Positions 53,345 through 64,000 of a stretch of 64,000 nucleotides of DNA are shown piece after piece. Both the position numbers and the translations under genes were made by a program. This stretch comes from Octopus vulgaris. Its lineage: Eukaryota. Location: positions 9,734,001 to 9,798,000 of the forward strand of contig OX597815.1 in the NCBI GenBank assembly GCA_951406725.2, in the 5' to 3' direction. The notes under the pieces are model-generated. The model saw nothing but the letters and a program-made list of their open reading frames with translations. It searched no databases and was not told the DNA's origin. Position 1 is the stretch's first letter, and the number at the start of each line of letters is the position of its first letter.

Positions 53345-54360
53345 TTAAGGAAGGTGACTAATACAAAAAAGAAGTCATTGTACCCAAGAACTATGAAGAA
53401 AAAGAAAAAAAAAACAACAAAAGCTGTAAAACAACTGAAATCCAAACTAAAACTGGAACAGCAACAGATTATGATAAAACAATGGCAAGAAAAGCCAAAT
53501 ATTGGGTTAAGCAAAACAGAAAAGAAATAGACAAAGCAAAATATTAACAATGGCTGAGAAGCTCAGGATTCAAAGCAGAGATTGAAGGATTTTTAATTGC
53601 AGCACAAGATGAAAACCTTCCCACCAGAAATTACCAAAATCATGTAATGAAAAGAAATACAAGTAACTGCAGAATATGTAGAGATGGAGGAGAGACAATA
53701 AATCATATTATCTCTGGCTGCCCAGTCCTGGCTAAGAAGGAATATATTCACAGACACAACAGAGTTGGGGGTCTATATATACTGGGAGCTATGCCAACAC
53801 TATGGAATAACAACAGAAAAAAGATGGTATAGGCACGCCCCAGAAAAAGGTCACAGAAAATGAGAAAGCAGCCATACTCTCGGATATGCCAATACACACA
53901 GTTAGAGAAATCAAGGCTAATAGGCCAGATATAGTTGTCAGAGATCACCAAGAAAAAAAATGGTTTCTACTTGACAGATGACAGCGTTTCTCTAAAAGAA
54001 ATGAAGAAACTTTCAAAATACAAAGATCTGGAAATAGAGGTAACATTTGTGTGGAACCTAAAAACAGAAACGATTCCTATTATAGAAGGCACATTAGGTA
54101 TGATAAAAAAAAAACATTCAGACAAATACATAACAAAAACACCAGAACTTACAAGTACATATAACATACAGAAAATAGCATTACTAGGCACTGCACACAT
54201 CCTACTTAAAACACTTCCAATAGAGTGAAAATAAGAACATCACAACAAACTACAGAACATACCCTAGATACACAGAGCTGCACTCGGTAATGCAGTGAAA
54301 GCACGTGATAAAAATAATACTTAATAATAATAATAATAATAATGATAATAATAATAATAA

Positions 54361-54711
54361 ACTAAAACAATACCTGTTTTCACAGGTGCCCTGGGAATGG
54401 TAGCAAAAGGAGCTAATTGCTACCTAGCTCAGATACCAGGAAACCCCAAAATGGCAGAAATTCAAAAGACAGTGTTCATGGGAACTGCTCATATCCTACA
54501 CAAACTATTTTCTATGTAATCTCAAGTTTTAAAACAAACATAATTTTCTTATGGTTTCTTAAACATTCTCTAGTACAACCCTATGTACAAAACCAAATAT
54601 ATGGCACCCTAGGCATAACACCAGCATGAACTTCCAACTTGTTGTCTCTTGAGATCTCTGGGTGAGACTTGGAACCAACTTGTACAAATGTAAAGCAAAA
54701 GTCAAACATAA
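54361..54711 (+). mobile_element. Second Dong/R4 family 3' end
   Basis: TKTIPVFTGALGMVAKG..EIQKTVFMGTAHILHKLFSM*, distinct 3'UTR, flanked by (TAA)n on both sides. Confidence 0.85.
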
Positions 54712-54758
<47 letters not shown>

Positions 54759-54819
54759 GACAAGGTGTTAGAGCACTGAAGGCTGAATATAGTAACCTTT
54801 AGGAGGGACAGACAAAAGT

Positions 54820-55120
54820 GGCTAATAATCGCTGAGGCAGTGCAAGGAGATCAAACATAAAAGTTGTTCTTGTTGTCATTGGAGAACTAGGTTCAATACC
54901 ACCCAACTTGGAGAAACATCTGGAAACTTTAAAAATAGCCTACAATCTTGGTTTATTACAAAAATCAGCTTTGCTAGGAACTGCATGCCTACTGCGTAAA
55001 GTACTGTCTGTCTGAGGTCCTTGTTGTGATTTGACAGACCGTACGAACCAACGGTACACACAGTATCTTCAATCTACATCACGATATTGAATTCTGTGCA
55101 ACATCTCGTCGATATTAATA
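54820..55120 (+). mobile_element. Third Dong/R4 family 3' end
   Basis: IKVVLVVIGELGSIPPNLEKHLETL..LQKSALLGTACLLRKVLSV* (stop 55013-55015), ending taataa. Confidence 0.8.
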
Positions 55121-55275
55121 ACACTTTTCTGTATTCATGAACTCATGACTTATTAAGCTTTCTTTAGAAAAAAAAACGAAAACGGAATGTTCTCAAAGAC
55201 TAGTCTGAGAACGTGGCCCATCTGTATGTTTAAAACTTGTATATGTGTGTATATGTATGTGTGTATGTATGTGTA

Positions 55276-55326
<51 letters not shown>

Positions 55327-55541
55327 TTTTATTCTTTTATTCTTTTACTTGTTTCAGTCATTTGACTGCAGCCATGCTGGAGCACCGCCTTTAGTCGAGC
55401 AACTCGACCCCGGGACTTATTCTTTGTAAGCCCAGTACTTATTCTATCGGTCTCTTTTGCCGAACCGCTAAGTGACGGGGACATAAACACACCAGCATCG
55501 GTTGTCAAGCAATGCTAGGGGAGACAAACACAGACACACAA

Positions 55542-55574
<33 letters not shown>

Positions 55575-55865
55575 CGACGGGCTTCTTTCAGTTTCCGTCT
55601 ACCAAATCCACTCACAAGGCATTGGTCGGCCCAAGGCTATAGTAGAAGACACTTGCCCAAGGTGCCACGCAGTGGGACTGAACCCAGAACCATGTGGTTG
55701 GTAAACAAGCTACTTACCACACAGCCACTCCTGCGCCTTATATATGTATATAAATTTAAAATGAGGGTGAGAAATTAGATATTAATTTAATTAACATCGA
55801 TTTCACACCAGTGGTCTAGCATATAAAAAAAACTGAAGGTTCAATAAAATTGTATTATATACATA

Positions 55866-56376
55866 TTAGAGGGAGACCACTATGTGGACACCCTTATGCT
55901 AGAAATAGATCCGCTATGGCCTAACCACTAAGAAATGTTCTCAAGAAAAATTTAGCAAAACAACCAATACGTTTTGGTTGTTTTGCTAAATTTTTCTTGA
56001 GAACATTTCTTAGTGGTAAGACCATAGTGGATCTATTTCTAGCATAAGGGTGTCCACATAGTGGTTTCCCTCTAATTGGTTGCTTTGCTAAATTTTTCTT
56101 GAGAACATTTCATAGTGGTAAGACCATAGCGGATCTATTTCTAGCATAAGGGTGTCCACATAGTGGTTTCCCTCTAATTGGTTGTTTTGCTAAATTTTTC
56201 TTGAGAACATTTCATAGAGGTAAGACCATAGCAGATCTATTTCTAGCATAAGGGTGTCCACATAGTGGTTTCCCTTTAATTGGTTGTTTTGCTAAATTTT
56301 TCTTGAGAACATTTCTTAGTGGTAAGACCATAGCGGATCTATTTCTAGCATAAGGGTGTCCACACACTGGTTTCCC

Positions 56377-56381
<5 letters not shown>
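55866..56381. repeat. 102-bp unit: one inverted copy plus four tandem copies
   Basis: Tandem starts at ~55974, 56076, 56178 and 56280; inverted copy at 55866-55967; flanked by TA runs. Confidence 0.9.
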
Positions 56382-56419
<38 letters not shown>

Positions 56420-56834
56420 ATCACACTAGGTACTCAAAATATCTGCCCACCTGTTTATCTATAATTTGCACAACAGGAACCTATACTAAGACGTTTAGTA
56501 TACACTTAGCTGAAGCCACATTATTGAAAGGAAGAATCACTAAAGTTTGATCAATTCATTAATTGTAGGTTAGTCTTTGGCAATGCAAAGTACAGGCTTT
56601 TGGTAACGTCCAATTAACATAACCAACATCTTACCTCTATAATTATTGCTGCAGCAATCCAGTTAAGTCTCCATAGTGTTGGCTGTATTAGTTCTGCTTG
56701 AGTGTCCAATATGAATTGAAGGTTAGAAACACCAATTGCATTGGATGCTGTGCCTCCCGTAACCCTAACGATAGATACTGGTGTAGTCAATAATGATGCT
56801 GCTGATCATGATGCTGGTATTTTTTTACTCTAGA

Positions 56835-57066
56835 AAGGCGGCGAGCTGGCAGAAATGTTAGCACGCCGGGCGAAATGCTTAGCAGTATTTTGTCTGCGTT
56901 ACGTTGTGAGTTCAAATTCCGCCGAGGTCGACTTTGCCTTTCATCCTTTCGGGGTCGATAAATTAAGTACCAGTTATGCACTGGGGTCGATGTAATCGAC
57001 TAAATACCTATGTCTGTCCTTGTTTGTCCCCTCTATATTTAGCCCCTTGTGGGTAATAAAGAAATA
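56835..57066 (+). mobile_element. SINE family B monomer
   Basis: Perfect 16-bp TSD ggtatttttttactct at 56816-56831 and 57067-57082. Confidence 0.9.
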
Positions 57067-57761
57067 GGTATTTTTTTACTCTTTTACTCTTTTACTTGTT
57101 TCAGTCATTTGGCTGCGGCCATGCTGGAGCACCGCCTTTAGTCGAGTCGAGCAAATCGACCCCCGGCACTTATTCTTTTTGTAAGCCCAGTACTTATTCT
57201 ATCGGTCTCTTTTTGCCGAACCGCTAAGTGACGGGGACGTAAACACACCAGCATCAGTTGTCAAGCAATGCGGTTGTCAAGCAATGCTAGGAAGACAAAC
57301 ACAAACACAGACACACATACATATATATACATAATATACATATATATACGACAGGCTTCTTTCAGTTTCCGTCTACCAAATCCACTCACAAGGCATTGGT
57401 CGGCCCGGGGCTATAGCAGAAGACACTTGCCCAAGATGCCACGCAGTGGGACTGAACCCGGAACCATGTGGTTGGTTAGCAAGCTACTTACCACACAGCC
57501 ACTCCTGCACCTATTGTTGATACTGGTTTATTATTTCCATAAAGAGATATATCAGAGACCTCACTTGATTATTTATTGCTTAATTTGCTTTTTTTTTTAA
57601 TATAAACTCGTTAGTCTACCTACAAGTATTCTTTATGTATGAGGTGGCAAATTGTCGCTACAACGTCAGACTGAGGGCCTTGTGGCATTTGCTCCATTTC
57701 TTCAGCTTCTTCAGCTTCATAAATAAAGCACCAATCCAAACCAGAACTGGTTTTCCTCTCA

Positions 57762-58065
57762 CTTTTCTTCTTTTTCTTCTTCTTCTTCTCCTCCTTCTCC
57801 TTCTACTCCTCTTCTCCTTCTCCTCCTCCTCTTCTCCTTCTCCTTCTTCTCCTTCTTCTTCTTCTCCTCCTCCTCTTCTCCTTCTCCTCCTCTTCTTCTT
57901 CTTCTTCTTCTTCCTCCTCCTCTTCTTCCCCTCCTCTTCTTTTTCTTCTCCCCCACTTCTTCTTTTTCTTCTCCTCCTCTTCTTCTTTTTCTTCTTCTCT
58001 TTTTCTTGTTCTTCTCCTTCTCCTCCTCCTCTTCCTTATTCTTCATCTTCTCTCTCTCTCTCTCT
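57762..58065. repeat. (CTT/CCT)n polypyrimidine tract
   Basis: Direct inspection. Confidence 0.9.
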
Positions 58066-58849
58066 GTGAGTCTCTGTCAATTTTCCTCAAAGATCTTATT
58101 TGAAATTCAACAATCCAGCTGTCTCACATGGTATAATCACTCTGATTCAACCAAAGAATTGGATTAACACTTTAGCATTGAAACAGATCATGTCTGGCCA
58201 AAATATTTACCCTGTTTCATGCTGAAACTGACCAGATCAGGCCTCTCACCTCAACCCTACAATGTCATTTCAAAACTAAACGATCACATCATTGAAATCT
58301 CTAAACTACAAGAACCAACAAACATTACATTTGACAGAATAATCTAAATACTCAAGGGTTAAGAGTACACAGACCTCTGGAAGACTTAACCAATTACACG
58401 TCAATTTCAAAAGAGGGAATCCAGTTGGTTGAACAGTTAGGGTTTCCATGCACCTTTTCAGACTCCATCTGAACCATCTTACAAACAATAACTCTGAGCA
58501 CCTTTTCAAACTCCACCCATCTAACACCCGTGGACATGTTTACAAAGTCAGAAAACAGCACAGCTCCTTCCATGACTTTCGGAAACATTTTTTCATGCTA
58601 AGAGTTGCTGAAGCATGAAACAAACTGATGCCGGCATCATTTGTTAGTTTTCGGAGCACTGCATCCTTCAAAACTTCCATGCTTCCTGAGATTCACCAAC
58701 ACTACACCTGATTTCCTCCCCTCCATACACACGCAAGCATGTATCTGACTCGTACATTGTTCACTTCCCAGACATTTGTACATTACTCCATATGCTTTAT
58801 ATGCACTTTTGACAAGTTGTGGTGCACCTGAGCACTGTATACATTAATT

Positions 58850-58889
<40 letters not shown>

Positions 58890-59557
58890 GCCTGGAGGGA
58901 GGAAGTCAGCAGCCTCCCATAATAGCACTTTCATACCACTTTCGTGTCTTCCATATCAATGCTGAGCATGGTTTCAAATTTTGGCACAAGGCCAGCAATT
59001 TCGGTGGGAGGGGGATAAGTCGGTTACACTGAACCCAGTGTTCAACTGGTACTTATTTTATCTATCCCAAAAAGATGAAAGGCAACACTGACCTCACCGG
59101 AATTTGAACTCAGAACGTAAAGGTGGGCAAAATGCCGATAAACATTTTGTCCAGCATGCTAACAATTTTTGCAGCTCACTGTCTTAGTATGTATGTGTGT
59201 GTGTATGTGCATACTGAATCAGACAAGGTGTGGCTAAACTAGATAGCAGAGCACTGTTTATAAAGGTTTCTGAGCTTTGATCATACTTTTCATGCTGTGT
59301 GCATATTTTATGCAGTAATTAGTTGCACCTTATTAACTACTTTACTTCTGTGAATACTGGGAGTATTCACTGCCCACCCCCACTGCCTCCTTAGCAATTC
59401 TCATGATATTTCTCTCTCTCTCTTTATCAAGCTTTAGAACCTGTTCTATATTTTTCATGCTCACTGCATACACATACCCACACACTGCATTTACTCATGT
59501 ACAATTTGACAAATTTAATGCAAAGCAGGAATAAAATCTGTGGATAGCATGATACTT

Positions 59558-59836
59558 GTAGCGGTCTCTGATATCCTCACTGTTTGAGAGACACAGCAGG
59601 AATGATCTCGTTTGAGATTACAGCCATCTTTGGCCGAGTTGTTCCTGTTGTAACCACTGACCTGATTGGTTGACATGTGGTGCGATTTGTTTCTACTTAT
59701 TTCGTGCCACTGGCCAAAGCCAACCAATCAGGTCAGTGGTTACAACAGGAACAACTCGGCCAAAGATGACTGTAATCTCAAACGAGATCATTCCTGCCGT
59801 GTCTCTCAAACAGTGAGGATATCAGAGCCTACTACA
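59558..59836. mobile_element. Palindromic MITE-like element with ~110-bp arms
   Basis: 59566-59672 is the near-perfect reverse complement of 59721-59827; opposite-strand ORFs give almost the same peptide. Confidence 0.8.
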
Positions 59837-60180
59837 GACTCAATACAGAATAAAATATATCACTGACTAGCACTATGGAGCCTGGTGCAGCCATCTGGTT
59901 CATCAGACCCCAGTCAAATCGTCCAACCCATGCTAGCATGGAAAGCAGATGTTAAACAATGATGATGATGATGATGATGTGGTTAAGTCAGGTCTTAGAA
60001 CATTTGAGGCTCAGAATGAGTCAACACATCAGGTTTTATTGAAAGTCACTTAGATTTTTTTTTTTTATTTTGGAGCAATTAACATTTTCTCTTAATTATT
60101 AGGACTGATCCTCGTGACCTTTACAGGTCCCACAATGCTGGTGGGGAAGATATTCACTAAGAACTTTGTAGGATGATACT

Positions 60181-60694
60181 TATTTCTTTACTACCCACAA
60201 GGGGCTAAACACAGAGAGGACAAACAAGGACAGACAAACGGATTAAGTCGATTACATCGACCCCAGGGCGTAACAGGTACTTAATTTATCGACCCCGAAA
60301 GGATGAAAGGCAAAGTCAACCTCGGCGGAATTTGAACTCAGAACGTAACGGCAGACAAAATACCTATTTCTTTACTACCCACAAGGGGCTAAACATAGAG
60401 AGGACAAACAAGGACAGACAAATGGATTAAGTCGATTACATCGACCCCAGGGCATAACAGGTACTTAATTTATCGACCCCGAAAGGATGAAAGGCAAAGT
60501 CAACCTCGGCGGAATTTGAACTCAGAACGTAGCGGCAGACGAAATAAGTTGGGGTGAAAGAGTACAACAAGGGTCGCCACCACCCCCTGCCGGAGCCACG
60601 TGAAGTTTTAGGTGTTTTTGCTCAATAACGCCCAGTCTGGGAATCGAAACCGCGATCCTCCGACCACGAGTCCGCTGCCCTAACCACTGGGCCA
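60181..60694 (-). mobile_element. Chimeric SINE: foreign tRNA-like head fused to two family B bodies
   Basis: Head tggcccagtggttagg..ggtttcgattccc at 60546-60694; a single TSD taggatgatac at 60169-60179 and 60695-60705 encloses both parts. Confidence 0.8.
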
Positions 60695-61099
60695 TAGGAT
60701 GATACCTATGGGTGAATTCCAAAGGGGTGTATCACTGGATATCAAAGGAATGGGAGACTGTTTAGTATGGAGTGGACAAGATAACATAGTCATTCATAGG
60801 TTGAGAGCAGTAGTTTACATGTAAGCTTAGACTGAGGTGGAACACAAAGAACTAAAGTTGTAATAGTGGTAGATATGAGAGAGAGAGGACACAGCATGTA
60901 GATGAGTGTGTGAGGATTTGTCATTAAATAACTGGGTTTTTAATTTTTTGCAAACACAGAGGGATGTTTATTTCACCACTGCTTTTCTTTCTTCTAGCAA
61001 TAAAGCATATGTCCGTCCATCAGTCCATCTGTCTCTCAAGTTATCACCACCGAGAATAATATGGCGCCAAGTAATGAAATGAAGGTTCAACAGTTTGTA

Positions 61100-61612
61100 T
61101 CATCATCATCATCATCATCGTTTAACGTCCGTTTTCCGTCCTAGCATGAGTTGGACGATTCAACCAGGGTCTGGGAAGCCAGGAGGCTGCACCGGGCTCC
61201 AGTCTGATCTGGCAGTGTTTCTACAGCTGGATGCACTTCCTAACGCCAACCACTCCGTGAGTGTAGTGGGTGCTTTTTACGTGCCAGGGGAGTCTGGCAT
61301 CAGCCACGTTCGGATGGTGCTTTTTACATGCCACGCGCACAGAAGCCAGTCAAGGCGGCATGGCATCAGCCACGTTCGGATGGTGCTTTTTACATGCCAC
61401 ATGCACAGAAGCCAGTCAAGGCGGCGCTGGCATCGGCCACGTTCGGATGGTGCTTTTTACGTGCCACGCGCTAGCATCGGCCACGTTTGGATGGTGCTTT
61501 TTACGTGCCACGCGCACAGAAGCCAGTCAAGGCGGCGCTGGCATCGGCCACGTTCAGATGGTGCTTTTTACGTGCCACCAGCACAGGTATCACAACTACT
61601 ATTTCCACTGAT
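61100..61612 (-). mobile_element. Family C RTE 3'UTR with variant VNTR
   Basis: (cat)n start and several gccacgttcggatggtgctttttac units. Confidence 0.85.
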
Positions 61613-63019
61613 ATTTATTTCAATAAGCAAAACTTTCATAAGTCTCAGTCCACCGAGCTGTAAGTAAGCCCTCTGTATGTTGGTATAGTTCTCCATACTG
61701 TGTCTATGACTAAGACATTTAACAGTTATTGTCTAAGTCAGAGCAACTGGGTCATGCAGTACACAACATTAAGTCGCTGTATTATGTTAAATTCCTATAA
61801 CAAAATTATTATTGGTTGACCTACCCATAATAAATGACCTACCTAGCTGATGAATGTAAACTGATTCTTGGACACACACCACTGGACATGCTTCTATAGA
61901 TAAAAACCAGTTTTTCTTGACATGACCTCCCCAGAAATTGTGTAATCTAGAGACACAATGAAAGGTATGTGGGTGTAAAGAATGTTAGTTGGGCAATAAA
62001 TTCAGCATTTTTTCTGGTTTTGCCGAGCAGCAGTTTATACTTTTATTTCATGTAATTATATCTTAACACAACACACAAGTGGCTCGTTCCACAGCACTAA
62101 AATTAGGTACCACAAGATAATAAAAATTCCTAATTTGCCACAGACCAGGAATGGACAACATCACCAAAAAATAATTACTCTTTTACTTGTTTCAGTCATT
62201 TGACTGCAGCCATGCTGGAGCACTGCCTTTAATCAAGCAACTCGAGCCTGGGACTTATTCTTTTGTAAGCCCAGTACTTATTCTAACGGTCTCTTTTTTG
62301 CCGAACCGCTAAGTAACGGAGACATAAACACACCAGCATCGGTTGTCAAGCAATGCTAGGGGAACAAACACAGACAAACAAACACACACGCGCGTATATA
62401 TATATATACATATATACAACGGGCTTCTTTCAGTTTCCGTCTACCAAATCCATGCACAAGGCTTTGGTCGGCCCGAGGCTATAGTAGAAGACGCTTGCCC
62501 AAGGTGCCACACAGTGGGACTGATCCCAGGAACCATGTGGTTGGTAAACAAGCTACTTACCACACAGCCACTCCTCATCGGGCAAGCCATTCGGAAAGGT
62601 CATATGTGGCCTGTGGACCACAGGTTGCCACAAGTGTCACAGACACTGTATTGAATTTTTATTTACCCAACCCTTCTTCTGCAGGAACCACGACCTAAAC
62701 TTATTGGTCTCCTCCCTGCTCTTGCTTTCTTGTTCACCCACTGACTAACAACAGTTTAGAATTTAACATTAATCATCCAACACAGTCTCTAGTAATCTTT
62801 AGACAACAGACTTAGCAGTAAAGAAGAGGGTTTTAAGAAAGCTATGTGCATACGCCTTCTGAGTAAAAGAAACAGATACATATCTACTCATACCAACCAC
62901 ATGGTTCCGGGTTCAGTCCCACTGCATGGCACCTTGGGCAAGTGTCTTCTACTTTGGCCCCGGGCCGACCAAAGCCTTGTGAGTGGATTTGGGAGATGGA
63001 AACTGAAAAGAAGCCTGTC

Positions 63020-63056
<37 letters not shown>

Positions 63057-63057
<1 letters not shown>

Positions 63058-63561
63058 TAGCAGTATCGTCCGGCGTTGCTCAGGTTTGTAAGGGAAATAA
63101 CTATATAAGCATTTTTAGAGAGTTACTTCCCTTATAAATTCGGGCTTTCTTAGCCATTTTTGTTTTGGTGTCTTCAAGCCATGAAGTCGTTGTTCTAAAA
63201 GAACGCTGGTTTCCTTCACAACGCATTACAACGTTGATTTCTTTACACTCCCTTCCCCACAGCTTCACGAGGGAGGGAAGGGGAGAAGCAAACAGGTGCA
63301 GCTGTGAGCGTGGACGCCAACTCCGCCGCCATCGACATACGATGCATTTTATGCATTAAAATGGAATAAAAAATGATGTTAAATTATTTTTAAAATCGTA
63401 GACTCATCGTTGACGTGCGCTAATAGCCAGACGGGCTCGATATGAATCACGACTATAAGATACCCAGTTTTGGTTAAACTGCACCGCAAAATGTGGGAGG
63501 AGTTAGGAATCTAAATCGAAGGGGACAGACACTCACACAACTAGAGTTTTATATATATAGA
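63057..63561 (-). mobile_element. Non-autonomous Helitron inside the TA tract of a family A SINE
   Basis: A|TCtatatatataaaac start at 63561; hairpin and ctgCTAG|T end at 63057; the 3' ~70 bp is nearly identical to the 23420 element. Confidence 0.85.
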
Positions 63562-64000
63562 TGTATGTGTGTGTCTGTCTTTGTCCCCCTAGCATTGCTT
63601 GACGACCGTTGACGTGCGCTAATAGTCAGACGGGCTCGATATGAATCACGACTATAAGATACCCGAATTAGGTTAAACTGCACCGCAAAATGTGGGAGGA
63701 GTTAGGAATCTAAATCGAAGGGGACAGACACTCACACAACTAGAGTTTTATATATATAGATGTATGTGTGTGTCTGTCTTTGTCCCCCTAGCATTGCTTG
63801 ACAACCGATGCTGGTGTGTTTATGTCCCCGTTACTCAGCGGTTCGGCAAAAGAGACCGATAGAATAAGTATTGGGCTTACAAAGAATAAGTCCCGGGGTT
63901 GAGTTGCTCGACTAAAGGCGGTGCTCCAGCATGGCCGCAATCAAACGACTGAAACAAGTAAAAGAATAAAAGAAACAACAGACTTAGCAGTAAAGAAGAG

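Larger units (their letters stand above)
52392..54320 (+). mobile_element. Dong/R4-clade non-LTR retrotransposon (degenerate RT C-terminus, CCHC finger, restriction-like endonuclease)
   Basis: KSKLNVKNK..AVPVIS..IDRK..MHHPKSDTERL..EGGRGL..EGFLIAAQD..CRICRDGGETINHIISGCPVLAKKEYIHRHNRV..NRPDIVV..KLSKYKDL..IQKIALLGTAHIL; followed by (TAA)n. Confidence 0.9.

Noticed and set aside
56634-56800. Minus-strand open frame ending at GAG|GTAAGA
   Set aside because: Phase 0 is incompatible with the downstream exon, and there is no clear acceptor or start codon.
60640-60694. tRNA gene (also the heads of families A, B and E)
   Set aside because: A and B boxes are present, but there is no complete cloverleaf and each runs into a SINE body.

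Overview
AT-rich, repeat-dense animal genomic DNA with no operons, rRNA, CRISPR or complete genes. The repeat families look like those of an octopod cephalopod (Octopus), which is an inference. The window appears to be mostly intron of one minus-strand gene. Two phase-1/phase-1 coding exons are supported by canonical splice sites (22659-22718 and 3692-4225) and join in frame. The product ends ...IPMHDIYFI|, tentatively an NPDC1/CAB-1-like type I membrane protein ectodomain. The rest is tRNA-derived SINEs (labelled A, B, D and E here), about 19 5'-truncated copies of an RTE LINE whose 3'UTR carries a 63-bp VNTR (family C), other RTE, CR1, Dong/R4 and Penelope fragments, non-autonomous Helitrons, a Helentron-like element, a piggyBac-type TTAA MITE, two long palindromic MITEs and large microsatellite fields. 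Nearly all long ORFs in the track are simple-repeat or TE artefacts. Most interesting signals: (1) SINE family B inserts at GGTAT sites, carries that site in its own head and forms head-to-tail multimers; (2) a candidate minimal U3-A8 hammerhead ribozyme lies in a TSD-flanked Penelope-like insert; (3) three different Dong/R4 families are stacked in one (TAA)n tract.
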